Assembly: GCA_051955985.1 (NCBI GenBank)
Contig: JBQCGD010000138.1
Coordinates: forward strand, 15,786 to 79,785
DNA from: Phycisphaerae bacterium
GTDB taxonomy: Bacteria; Planctomycetota; Phycisphaerae; WQYP01
Length of the DNA stretch: 64,000 nucleotides
Direction: 5' to 3'
Part shown: positions 55,391 through 64,000 of the stretch, one piece after another
Numbering within the stretch: the first letter of the stretch is position 1
How the letters are laid out: each line of letters opens with the position of its first letter
The notes under the pieces: generated by a model
Told to the model about the DNA's origin: nothing
Database searches by the model: none
The model's input: the letters and a program-made list of their open reading frames with translations, nothing else
Position numbers and translations under genes: made by a program

Positions 55391-57177
55391 AAGCACGTGC
55401 TCCCGCCATTTTCGTGCCGGTCGCCATCGTGCTTCTCAGCGTTCTCGCCTATCTGCCCGCCCTTCGGGCCGGATTCATCTGGGATGACGACGTTCATGTG
55501 ACGCAGAATTACAACCTGCGCACGGCGGAGGGCCTCTGGCGAATATGGACCGACCCGCAGTCATCGCCCCAGTATTATCCCCTGGCGCACACGCTCTTCT
55601 GGCTGGAATACCAGACGTGGGGCCCGTGGGCGGCAGGGGATCATGCGGTCAACGTGCTGTTGCACGCGACGAACGCGGTGCTGGTCTGGCTGGTGCTCCG
55701 GCGACTGCGGGTGCCCGGTTCCTGGCTGGGGGCGCTGCTGTTCGCGATTCATCCCGTGGAGGTGGAAACGGTCGCCTGGGTGATGGAAGCCAAAACATTG
55801 CTTTCGACGCTGTTTTACCTGCTCGCGATGCTCTGCTGCCTGCAGTTCTGGAAAATTGACGCGGACGACGGCGAGAGCGCGAACTGGCGTATCTATGGGC
55901 TGGCGATTTTCTGCTTCGTGCTCTCGTTGCTGAGCAAGTCGGTCACGGCCACGCTGCCGGCGGCATTTCTCGTCATTCTCTGGTGGAAGCGCGGACGAAT
56001 CGGCGCCCGGGACATCGCATTGCTCCTGCCGATGTTCCTGCTCGGCGCCGCGTCCGGTCTCTACACCGCCGCCCTGGAACGGACGCATGTCGGCGCGGAG
56101 GGGGCGGAGTGGGCGCTGAGCCTGATGGATCGCGTGCTGATCGCCGGCCGCGCGTTGTGGTTTTATGCAGGCAAACTGGTCTGGCCCCGGCCGCTCATCT
56201 TTTTCTACCCGCGATGGACGATCGATGCACGGCTCTGGTGGCAGTACCTCTTCCCGCTGGCCGCGATGGCGGTGGTCTGGCTGCTGTGGCTGAAGCGCCG
56301 GCAACTCGGCCGCGGCCCGCTCGCCGCCGTGCTCTTCTTCGGATTGACCCTGGGCCCCGCGCTGGGATTCCTCAATTTCTACCCGATGCGCTATTCGTTC
56401 GTCGCCGACCACTTTCAATACCTGGCATGCGTCGGGCTCCTGGCGCTCGCCGGCGCACTCCTGCATCGCTGGATGGGTACGCACCGCGCGTTCCGCATCT
56501 TGGCGATCGTGGCGGCGCTGCCGCTCTTCTTCACTACCTTCGCCCGGTGCTTCGCTTATCACGATGCATGGACGCTGTACCACGATATCGTGGCGAAGGA
56601 TCCCGATTCATGGGGCGGGCAGGCCTTGCTGGCGCAGGAATACCAGAAGCGCGGGGATTATCCCCGCGCTGCCGCGCATTTTGCCGAGGCGAACCGGCTC
56701 AACCCGCACGTGGTTGAGAATGCCGAGGGCCTGGGGGACGCCCTGGTGGGCATGCACCGCACCGACGAAGCGATCGCCATCCTGTCAGACGTGGTGAAGC
56801 GCGACCCCGCCCGCGCGAAAGGCTACAACGACCTGGCGGGCGCCTACCTTCAGCGGGGCGACACCGCGCAAGCAATGAGTTTGTACCAGGAAGCCCTCCA
56901 GCGCGATCCTCGACTTTCAGAGGCGCACTTCAACTTCGCCAACCTGCTGGCGGGCACGGGCCATTTCGCGGAAGCGGCCAGCGAGTTCTCCCAAGCCCTG
57001 ACGCTCCGGCCCGATTGGGCGGAAGCGGCCCTTAATGCCGGTCGATGTCTGGCCAGCGCAGGACGCCTCGCAGAAGCTCAACCGTACTTTGAGACCGCCC
57101 TGCGGCTCCGCCCGGGGTGGCGAGATGCCCGGCAGGATCTGCAGCGCCTGCACAACGCCCTGCACCGCGGGCCATAA
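55387..57177 (+). CDS. TMTC-like GT-C membrane glycosyltransferase with C-terminal TPRs
   Basis: FIWDDD, YYPL, HAVNVLLH, AIHPVEVETVAW, LLSKS, ADHFQYL, multiple TM helices, TPR tail. Confidence 0.85.
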   Translation: MKARAPAIFVPVAIVLLSVLAYLPALRAGFIWDDDVHVTQNYNLRTAEGLWRIWTDPQSSPQYYPLAHTLFWLEYQTWGPWAAGDHAVNVLLHATNAVLVWLVLRRLRVPGSWLGALLFAIHPVEVETVAWVMEAKTLLSTLFYLLAMLCCLQFWKIDADDGESANWRIYGLAIFCFVLSLLSKSVTATLPAAFLVILWWKRGRIGARDIALLLPMFLLGAASGLYTAALERTHVGAEGAEWALSLMDRVLIAGRALWFYAGKLVWPRPLIFFYPRWTIDARLWWQYLFPLAAMAVVWLLWLKRRQLGRGPLAAVLFFGLTLGPALGFLNFYPMRYSFVADHFQYLACVGLLALAGALLHRWMGTHRAFRILAIVAALPLFFTTFARCFAYHDAWTLYHDIVAKDPDSWGGQALLAQEYQKRGDYPRAAAHFAEANRLNPHVVENAEGLGDALVGMHRTDEAIAILSDVVKRDPARAKGYNDLAGAYLQRGDTAQAMSLYQEALQRDPRLSEAHFNFANLLAGTGHFAEAASEFSQALTLRPDWAEAALNAGRCLASAGRLAEAQPYFETALRLRPGWRDARQDLQRLHNALHRGP

Positions 57178-57363
57178 GCCTTCCTGGCCATCCGTATTTT
57201 CCGCCGATCACCGGGCTCCTTCGGCTGGGCGGAACTTCCCTCGGAAACAGTTCGTTTTGGTGTTGCAGCGGAGTCCCGTCAAAGGATAAGCTGAGCACAG
57301 CCCATTGCGGCTGAGCAGCACGCTTGCGAGGGGTTGCTGGCAGCACAAGAAGAAAGCAGGACC

Positions 57364-58818
57364 ATGGTTGGGACGTCGGACAAGGATGTGAGAGCTGCCA
57401 GCTCAGCGCCAAGGATCGAGCCGCCAGAAAAACCCAGGCCCCTCGTCCTCGGCCGGTTTCGATTGATGGAACTTCTCGGGGAGGGATCACAGGGGAAAGT
57501 TTTCCGCGCAGAAGATGTCGAATTCCGCAGGCACGTGGCGCTTAAATGCCTGAAGCGTTCCGCGGGCAGTGCGGCGGGCGGCGACGAAGCGTTCCTCGAG
57601 CAGATGCGCTCGGTCGCGCCGCTGGACCATCCGGGCCTGGTCCGGGTGGTGGAAACGGGCGTCGCCGAAGGATTTCGCTACATCGCCATGGAACTGATCG
57701 AGGGTGGGACGCTGGCGGCATTGATCAAAGGCTGCGGCTCACTGGACGTGGCGCGGGCGTCGCAACTGTGCGCCGAAGCCGCCGAGACCCTCGCCTATGC
57801 GGCAGAACAGGAGAAGGCCCACGGCAATGTGAAGCCGGAGAATCTGCTGCTGACGCGCGCGGGGCGATGCCGGATCGCCGATTTCGGATTTCCGCGGCAG
57901 GAGCAGGCCCCGCCGCTCAAGGGCCCCTCGCCCTATGCGGCGCCCGAAGTGCTGGGAGGATTGTCGCCCACGGAAAAATCCGACGTCTATTCCCTCACCG
58001 CCGTCTATTACTTCCTGCTGACCGGCCGTCCGCCCGGTGCAGCGTCGGATCAGCCCGGCGCCGCCGGACCCGATGTGCGGGCGCTCAACGGCGATCTGCC
58101 GGCCGATGTGGCGGCGATCATTGCCCGCGGTATGGCGAAAAACCCGGACGACCGGCCGCTCATGGTCGAACTCGCCCTGCAACTCCGCGCACAGACGATC
58201 GCAATGGGCGACAGCCAGGTCCTCTCGATCAGCGGCCCCGCCTCCCCCCCGGAACCCGCGCCTTATGTGCCCGCCGCAAACCGGTGGGAGCTTCTTTCGC
58301 TGCTGATCGGCACGGCAGCCGTGGTGCTGGTCGTGCTGCTCGCCTGGCTGGTGCTCCGACGGCCGCAGAAGCAAAATGTCATGCCGATGCTGGACCTCCT
58401 GCCTCCCTTGTCGCAGCGGGTGCATCCCGCATCGAGCCAGCCTGCCGAGGAGGCCGGGACGGACATGACCGACCTGGCGACGGCGATCGCCAAGGCCCCA
58501 CGCCCGCTGGGCGCAGGAAACCGCCAGGCGCTCGACCAAGCCGCGCGGGAACATGCCGAAGTCGAAGTGACCGGCACCGTCTCGGCATTCCAATACAACC
58601 CGGCGCAGCACATCGTGCTTCTGTTGTTCGCGGAAAATCCCAAGTTCACCGTCGCCTACCGCGAACCGCTTGCGCGCGACATGTCGAAAAAATTCGGCGG
58701 GGAACGCGGAAACGGGGTCGTCGGCAAAAAGGTGCGAGTGCGGGGGAAGGCGGAGCTCATCATGAACGTGGCCACGGTGCTGATCGAGAACCAACAGGCC
58801 ATCAACGCCGCGCCATAG
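57364..58818 (+). CDS. Membrane Ser/Thr kinase-like protein with degenerate catalytic loop (probable pseudokinase) and extracytoplasmic domain
   Basis: LGEGSQG, VALK, HGNVKPEN (HRD changed to HGN), DFG, YAAPE, TM helix. Confidence 0.8.
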   Translation: MVGTSDKDVRAASSAPRIEPPEKPRPLVLGRFRLMELLGEGSQGKVFRAEDVEFRRHVALKCLKRSAGSAAGGDEAFLEQMRSVAPLDHPGLVRVVETGVAEGFRYIAMELIEGGTLAALIKGCGSLDVARASQLCAEAAETLAYAAEQEKAHGNVKPENLLLTRAGRCRIADFGFPRQEQAPPLKGPSPYAAPEVLGGLSPTEKSDVYSLTAVYYFLLTGRPPGAASDQPGAAGPDVRALNGDLPADVAAIIARGMAKNPDDRPLMVELALQLRAQTIAMGDSQVLSISGPASPPEPAPYVPAANRWELLSLLIGTAAVVLVVLLAWLVLRRPQKQNVMPMLDLLPPLSQRVHPASSQPAEEAGTDMTDLATAIAKAPRPLGAGNRQALDQAAREHAEVEVTGTVSAFQYNPAQHIVLLLFAENPKFTVAYREPLARDMSKKFGGERGNGVVGKKVRVRGKAELIMNVATVLIENQQAINAAP

Positions 58819-58871
58819 CCCCATGCGCCTCCCGCGGCATTCAAAGTCCTCAATTCCCCATCTCGGCGTAA

Positions 58872-59738
58872 TTACTGCGAATGCCGCCCTTGGCTGCGGA
58901 AGCGGTCCATGTACGCCTGCAGGTGTTTGCCCGGGCAAGCCGTTTCACGCAGTTCGCGGTGCGTGAAGACCTGGTCCGGCGCGATGCGGTAAAGTCCTCG
59001 GACAAACAGGATAAACGTCGAGAGCGACCAGAGCTGCGCCGCGGCGGGCCACTGCACCTCGAAGTTCCCCAGCAGGCAGATCCCCAGGTTGTGCTCGTTG
59101 TGGTCCTTCGCGTGGGCGCCCTGGTACACCAGCGGCCGCGCCTGCCAGACCCGTCCCGCACGATCGATCACGAAGTGATAGGCGATGTCCGCCCACCCGC
59201 GGTCTGTGGCGCGGGTCCCGGCGTGAAACGCGCGGATGTTTTCGAGGTCCGTCGCCGTCGGCTTCCAGGCATCGGTCGTGACGTTCCAGCCGGTGTGATG
59301 CACCGTCAGCCGCGAAATGCCGTTCATCAGCCGGATATCCCCAAGGTGCGGCCGATGCGTGGTCCAGTCCCGCCGCGGAATCACGATCACCGGGCAATCG
59401 GCGGCGGAAGCGATCGGATGGCCCTTCTCATTCGGGAACAAGGCGGCGCCGAGATCCGGGGCCGGCTCGGTGATGGCGGGCGCAGACGCGGCGGTAGTGG
59501 TCGCCGGCGAGCTCGCTGCAGCGGTAGTCCCCGTCGTTTCCGTTGCCGGGGCAGATGCGCTGGTCGCCGGAGCCGTGGATTCTGTCGTCGTCACGTTCCC
59601 TTTGCGGCGTTTCTCCGGCTCACAGCTCACCTGGCTGAGCACCACGCCCGCGGCCCCTGCGGCCAGCGCAAGAAACGCACGCCGGGTGAATCGCGATGCC
59701 GCGGGCTTCTGGTCGAGGTTGTCGCACTGGTCGCACAT
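58872..59738 (-). CDS. Tat-exported N-acetylmuramoyl-L-alanine amidase (Amidase_2/PGRP) with Thr/Ala-rich linker
   Basis: TRRAFL twin-arginine signal; TVHHTG, IAYHFVID, GAHA, GICLLGNF, THRE..ETACPG. Confidence 0.88.
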   Translation of the reverse strand: MCDQCDNLDQKPAASRFTRRAFLALAAGAAGVVLSQVSCEPEKRRKGNVTTTESTAPATSASAPATETTGTTAAASSPATTTAASAPAITEPAPDLGAALFPNEKGHPIASAADCPVIVIPRRDWTTHRPHLGDIRLMNGISRLTVHHTGWNVTTDAWKPTATDLENIRAFHAGTRATDRGWADIAYHFVIDRAGRVWQARPLVYQGAHAKDHNEHNLGICLLGNFEVQWPAAAQLWSLSTFILFVRGLYRIAPDQVFTHRELRETACPGKHLQAYMDRFRSQGRHSQ

Positions 59739-59832
59739 GAGCATCCCTGCTTTCGGCCGAGTAATATACATCGTGTGCCGTCCGCGCGGGCGCCCAACTA
59801 ATTTTGATTCTTCTTTTTTCGCGAGTTTAAAC

Positions 59833-60663
59833 GTGGGCCGTCGCCATTCCAACGAATCCAATCGCCGCTATCACGACCGTGTCGCCTCCCGCTACGACTC
59901 CATTTACGATGACGCCTACTGGGAATTCCACGACCGCGTGACCTGGAACCACATCAAGCCGTTCCTCCCGCGCGATCTTTCCGCGCCGGTCATGGATCTC
60001 GGCACCGGCACGGGCAAGTGGGGCCTCAAGCTGCTCAAGGCCGGCTATCCAACGACCTTCACCGACCTTTCAAACAACATGCTCGCCGAAGTACGCAAGA
60101 AACTCGAGGAGTGGGCCGAGAAGCCCGACCTCGCGGCCAAGGCGGCGAAAGCCACCGTCCAGCAGGCCGATGCCGTCGACCTCCGCGCATTTCCCGAAGC
60201 CCACTTCGAGCTGATCACGGCCATGGGCGACGTCGTCTCCATCTGCTCCGATCCCCCCCGCTGCCTTTCCGAGGTGCACCGCCTCCTCAAGCCCGGCGGC
60301 GTCTTCGTCTTCACCGTGGACAACCACCTCGCCGCCATCGACCACTTCATCCATGCCGGCAACCTCGAGGCGCTGGCCTCCTTCGTGAAAACCGGAAAAA
60401 CGGAATGGCTCACGAAAAACGTCGAAGAGCGGTTCAATGTCCGCATGTTCACCCCCCAGCAGATTGAAACCCTCACGCGTCAGCGCGGATTCGAAGTGGT
60501 GTCCCGCATCGGGAAAACGGTGATCCCCGCCCGGCAGAACCGCAAAATCCTCGAAGACGAGGATGCCGTCGAAACGCTTGTCGAATTGGAGGGAATTCTG
60601 CAGCGCGATCCCGCCAGTGCCGGCCGCGCCAGCCACCTGCAGATCGCCGCACGCCGGCTCTGA
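59833..60663 (+). CDS. Class I SAM-dependent methyltransferase; start approximate
   Basis: VMDLGTGTG, TFTDLS..ML, QADAVDL, VHRLLKPGG. Confidence 0.88.
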   Translation: MGRRHSNESNRRYHDRVASRYDSIYDDAYWEFHDRVTWNHIKPFLPRDLSAPVMDLGTGTGKWGLKLLKAGYPTTFTDLSNNMLAEVRKKLEEWAEKPDLAAKAAKATVQQADAVDLRAFPEAHFELITAMGDVVSICSDPPRCLSEVHRLLKPGGVFVFTVDNHLAAIDHFIHAGNLEALASFVKTGKTEWLTKNVEERFNVRMFTPQQIETLTRQRGFEVVSRIGKTVIPARQNRKILEDEDAVETLVELEGILQRDPASAGRASHLQIAARRL

Positions 60664-60685
60664 ACCCCCGCATCTCCCCGGAACC

Positions 60686-61444
60686 TCAGTGAATCGCCAC
60701 AGGCTGCTGGACCAGCAATGGCTTCACCAGCGGCAACACGCAATCCACCATCTGCTCCTCGTTCATCAACCCGGAGTTGAGACCCAGGTGGAACAGCTCC
60801 GGCGTCAGCGGATGCTTCGGCCAGTAGCGCCGGAAAAAGGCGTCGCGCTGCGCATCAAGAATCTCGATCTCCCGCCGCGCGTGCTTTGCATCGATGCCGC
60901 GAGTCTTCACCAGCCACTCCACGCGCAATTCGAGCGGGGCGACCACCCGCACGTGGATTCCGCACGGCATGTCGCGCGTGATGAACACGCCGCCGTAGCC
61001 CACGAGCACCACGTTGCCGGCTTGCGCCAGCGCGCGAATCGTCTGCGCCATCCGCCGAACGATCGACACTTCCCCCGCGCCGGCCGAATCGCTCAGGCTG
61101 AATCCCGTCAGCAATTCCTGTAGCCAGCTCTGGCTTGAATACTCCAGCGATTCGATCAATTCCGTCGACAGGTGGTGATCCTGGGCGATGCGCTCGACCA
61201 GTTCCCGGTCGAAGCCTTGCCACGGCGACGGTTCCACCGCCGAATCTTCCACCGAGGTGTGGGCCAGCCGGTTCAGCCGCTCCACAAGTCCGCGGGCCAG
61301 CGTGCGCCCGCCGGCGCCGGCCTGGCGGCTGATCGTGATAAATGGCCGCTGGCCGCATTCGCGCCCGTGGCTTTCAAAATGCCCGCCACGCGTCTTCAGG
61401 GCGCCAACCAGGTGGCGAAGATCAGGACTCTTTTCGAAAGGCAT
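60686..61444 (-). CDS. Cytidylate kinase-like family protein
   Basis: FITISRQAGAGG, FDRELVE, NVVLVG.GG, IHVRVVAP..R. Confidence 0.85.
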   Translation of the reverse strand: MPFEKSPDLRHLVGALKTRGGHFESHGRECGQRPFITISRQAGAGGRTLARGLVERLNRLAHTSVEDSAVEPSPWQGFDRELVERIAQDHHLSTELIESLEYSSQSWLQELLTGFSLSDSAGAGEVSIVRRMAQTIRALAQAGNVVLVGYGGVFITRDMPCGIHVRVVAPLELRVEWLVKTRGIDAKHARREIEILDAQRDAFFRRYWPKHPLTPELFHLGLNSGLMNEEQMVDCVLPLVKPLLVQQPVAIH

Positions 61445-61557
61445 GGCACACCTCCCGAGTATCTACTCAACGTGCGCCTGTTCCTGATTTCAGTATAGAT
61501 CCGTTCCGCAGACTTACAAAAAGAAAACGGAGCCCCTAGGAGGAGGGAGTAAGGGAA

Positions 61558-62892
61558 TTACCTACCGCGAAGGAAGTTCCCGAAAAAGCCCCGGATCGCC
61601 CCCCGCACCAGCGCCAGCCGCAGCCGATTCTGCAACTGCCGAAGCTGCGGGTCGTCCGGCGCTATGTCCAGCGCCTCCCGCAGCCACGCCTTCGCCCGCG
61701 GCAGGTCCCGCTTCGCCAGGTACGCCATCGCCAGGTTGTGCATGGCCAGCATGTACTTCGGCTGGATCCGCAGCGCGGCTTTCGCCTGCTCGATCCCTTC
61801 ATCCGTCCGGCCGGCCAGCAGCAGCGTCACCGCCAGGTTGTGCCGGGCGGCGGCATGCCTCGGATTCGATGCAAGCACCCGGTTAAATGCGATTTCCGCC
61901 GCCCCAAGCTGGTTGATGTCCATGAACAGATTGCCAAGCTCCAGCAGCGTTTCGTCGTCGTTCGACTGCTGCGCCAGCTCGCAATTGGCATGAAAAAGCG
62001 CCTCGGAGTGGTCGTTCTGCCGCTGGTAGATCTGCGCGAGTTTCAGGTGCGCCCCGGGAAACGCCCGGTCATTGCGCAGCACGCGCCGAAATTCCTCCAG
62101 CGCTTCGCTCTGCCGGCCGTCCATCATCGCCAGTTGGCCCAGGTGGAAGTGCGCGGTCGATTCTTCCGGCGAAAGTTCCAGCAACTGGCGGAACTTCTCG
62201 CCCGCCGCGTCGTACTCGCCCATTTCGACCAGCAGCTCCCCCAGGTCCAGCAGAATGTCGATGTCCCCCGGATTCGCCCGAAGCTCTTCAATAAAATGCT
62301 TCCGGGCCTCCGGCAAAAGCCCCTTCGCCCAGTACGCATCCGCAATCCGCGCGTGCACCTGCGGATGATCCGGGTCGATCTCGATCACCTGCTGCCAGCA
62401 CCAGAGCGCCCGGTCAAAGAGCCCCCGCGCAAAAAGCGAGTGCCCCGCGTTGTAGTAGCACAGCGGACACCGGTCCTTGTACTGCCGCGCAAGGAAAAAC
62501 ATTTCCTCCGCTTTCTCGTGGTCCCCCTTTTCGGCATACGAGATGATGCGGTTGCAGTACGACGATTCGAACGTCGGGTCCAGGGCCTCGACCCGCTCAA
62601 AATAACGAATCGCTTCGTCAAAATTCCCCGCCCGGTTGCAGTCGTATCCCAGCGCGTTGAGGATCTCGACGTCGTCCGGAACGATTTCCAACGCCCGGCG
62701 ATACGCCAGGATCGCTTCATTGAAACGATCCATCGCGTCGTACGTCAGCCCCAGGTTGAAATACCACGAACCATTATAAGGATTGATGGCAATGGCAGCC
62801 TTGAGTTCGCTGAGGGCCTCCTCCCAACGACCGCGCTCGTAGAGTTCGTGCGCTTTTTCAACGCGCTGTTCTGCTTCGTCCCATTCGGTCAT
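61558..62892 (-). CDS. Tetratricopeptide repeat protein
   Basis: About 10 TPR units (YFNLG..Y, ALEIVPDD, HFHLG, RHNLA). Confidence 0.9.
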   Translation of the reverse strand: MTEWDEAEQRVEKAHELYERGRWEEALSELKAAIAINPYNGSWYFNLGLTYDAMDRFNEAILAYRRALEIVPDDVEILNALGYDCNRAGNFDEAIRYFERVEALDPTFESSYCNRIISYAEKGDHEKAEEMFFLARQYKDRCPLCYYNAGHSLFARGLFDRALWCWQQVIEIDPDHPQVHARIADAYWAKGLLPEARKHFIEELRANPGDIDILLDLGELLVEMGEYDAAGEKFRQLLELSPEESTAHFHLGQLAMMDGRQSEALEEFRRVLRNDRAFPGAHLKLAQIYQRQNDHSEALFHANCELAQQSNDDETLLELGNLFMDINQLGAAEIAFNRVLASNPRHAAARHNLAVTLLLAGRTDEGIEQAKAALRIQPKYMLAMHNLAMAYLAKRDLPRAKAWLREALDIAPDDPQLRQLQNRLRLALVRGAIRGFFGNFLRGR

Positions 62893-63173
62893 CGGGGAAG
62901 TTCTCCAACTTGGTCCTTGGATGCTAACAAACGGGGAAGCGGAAGGGAAGAGTGGGGGCTCACAGGGGGGTCCGCCTCTTTCTCCCCACCCGCGCTCCGC
63001 CGCGCGCACGCCGTGATCGCACCGCGCGCTCACCAACAGAATGTTTTCGGCACTGTGGTTGCGCTACGGTCCCGTCGCAACGAGGCCGCTCAATCTCGTG
63101 GGCAAAGTGACGTTTTTGAACCTATGCACAACCACTAAGCGTGTCGGCCTCTCAGACAAAAAGGAGCAGGATT

Positions 63174-63428
63174 GTGGGAAATAAGCGCGGATTCTCCTCG
63201 ATGGATAAACAGAAGCAGAAAGAAATTGCCAGCAAGGGCGGAAAAGCCGCCCACCAGAAAGGCACTGCTCATGAGTTCACCTCCGAAGAGGCTCGCATCG
63301 CCGGCCGGAAGGGTGGCGCCGCCTCCCGCGCTCGGCGCACCAATGCCTCCAACGGCGGCAGCGCAGAGCAACAGCCGACGCCCGAGCCTGAAAACACCGG
63401 CGAATCGGAAGCACCCGCCAATCCCTGA
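63174..63428 (+). CDS. KGG-repeat general stress protein (YciG/GsiB-like)
   Basis: RGFSSMDKQKQKEIASKGGKAAHQKGTAHEFTSEEARIAGRKGG. Confidence 0.88.
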   Translation: MGNKRGFSSMDKQKQKEIASKGGKAAHQKGTAHEFTSEEARIAGRKGGAASRARRTNASNGGSAEQQPTPEPENTGESEAPANP

Positions 63429-63535
63429 TGTGCAGTGGTGACCGGGCCTCACGACGACGGGGGTCCCTCTCCCCTTCAATGCTGACGTTTTGCCGCTCCC
63501 CGACGCAACCACGCATCGGCAGCGGCTTCCTGTCT

Positions 63536-63979
63536 CTACCGCCCCCCCGTCTCCCCCTGCCAGCGGGCCGCTCCCGCGTACACCTCCTTCTTCCAGATCG
63601 GCACCGCTTTCTTCAGCTCGTCGATCAGGTAGCGGCACGCTTCAAACGCATCAGCCCGGTGCGGGCAACTCACCGCAATCACCACGCTCGCCGCACCGAC
63701 CTCCACCGGTCCCGTCCGGTGCCAGATCGCCAGCCGCTCGATCGGCCACTTCCCACGGGCCGCAGCCGCAAGCTTCTCCATCTCCCGGATCGCCATCTCC
63801 GGGTACGCCTCGTAATCCAGTCGCACCAGCGCACCCGCCTCCGCATGATGCTCCGCCCGCGTCGTCCCCACGAACACATCAATCCCGCCCGCCTCCTTGC
63901 ATGTCACCGCCTGCACCGCCGCCCCGGCATCGAGCACCTCCTGCGTCAGGCGAATACTGTCGTTCGGCATTTCCGGCAT
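63536..63979 (-). CDS. moaE: Molybdopterin synthase catalytic subunit
   Basis: FVGTTR, LDYEAYPEMA, HRTG, HRADAFEAC.Y.IDELKK.VPIWKKE. Confidence 0.93.
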   Translation of the reverse strand: MPEMPNDSIRLTQEVLDAGAAVQAVTCKEAGGIDVFVGTTRAEHHAEAGALVRLDYEAYPEMAIREMEKLAAAARGKWPIERLAIWHRTGPVEVGAASVVIAVSCPHRADAFEACRYLIDELKKAVPIWKKEVYAGAARWQGETGGR

Positions 63980-64000
63980 CGAGCCTCCTATCCTCCGCTC

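Overview
64 kb of high-GC bacterial chromosome, probably Planctomycetota (Phycisphaerae/Tepidisphaerales-like). This is inferred from a LEPR-XLL-type secreted protein, a PEP-CTERM protein and several planctomycete-style kinases and TPR proteins. It holds about 60 mostly housekeeping or metabolic genes (hrpA 3' end, rnr, fmt, ispF, osmC, truD, moaE, GH52, ABC and MFS transporters, glycosyltransferases) plus one tRNA-Arg(UCG). I saw no CRISPR array, integrase, transposase or rRNA. The most interesting signals lie outside the ORF track. (1) A complete-looking ribosome-coupled attenuator (promoter, 50-aa Asn/Thr-rich leader, 13-bp antiterminator, terminator) precedes two RimJ/RimL-type acetyltransferases. 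(2) A ~630-bp immunity-gene insert split a BFD-like [2Fe-2S] gene and supplied a recoded replacement 5' end and promoter. (3) An intergenic-type palindromic repeat sits in frame inside the GH52 gene. (4) Several enzymes have rewired or lost catalytic residues: a dienelactone hydrolase with Asp as nucleophile, a pseudokinase and a pseudo-amidase. (5) 11-bp-periodic operator arrays lie upstream of fic and a phosphate-porin-like gene. (6) Many genes appear leaderless. (7) Strand-specific G/T versus C/A skew is extreme and patchy, with STRR-like heptamers and REP-like hairpins. All family calls are from motif recognition by eye, with no database searches. Many start codons were re-chosen from the ORF track and are approximate.
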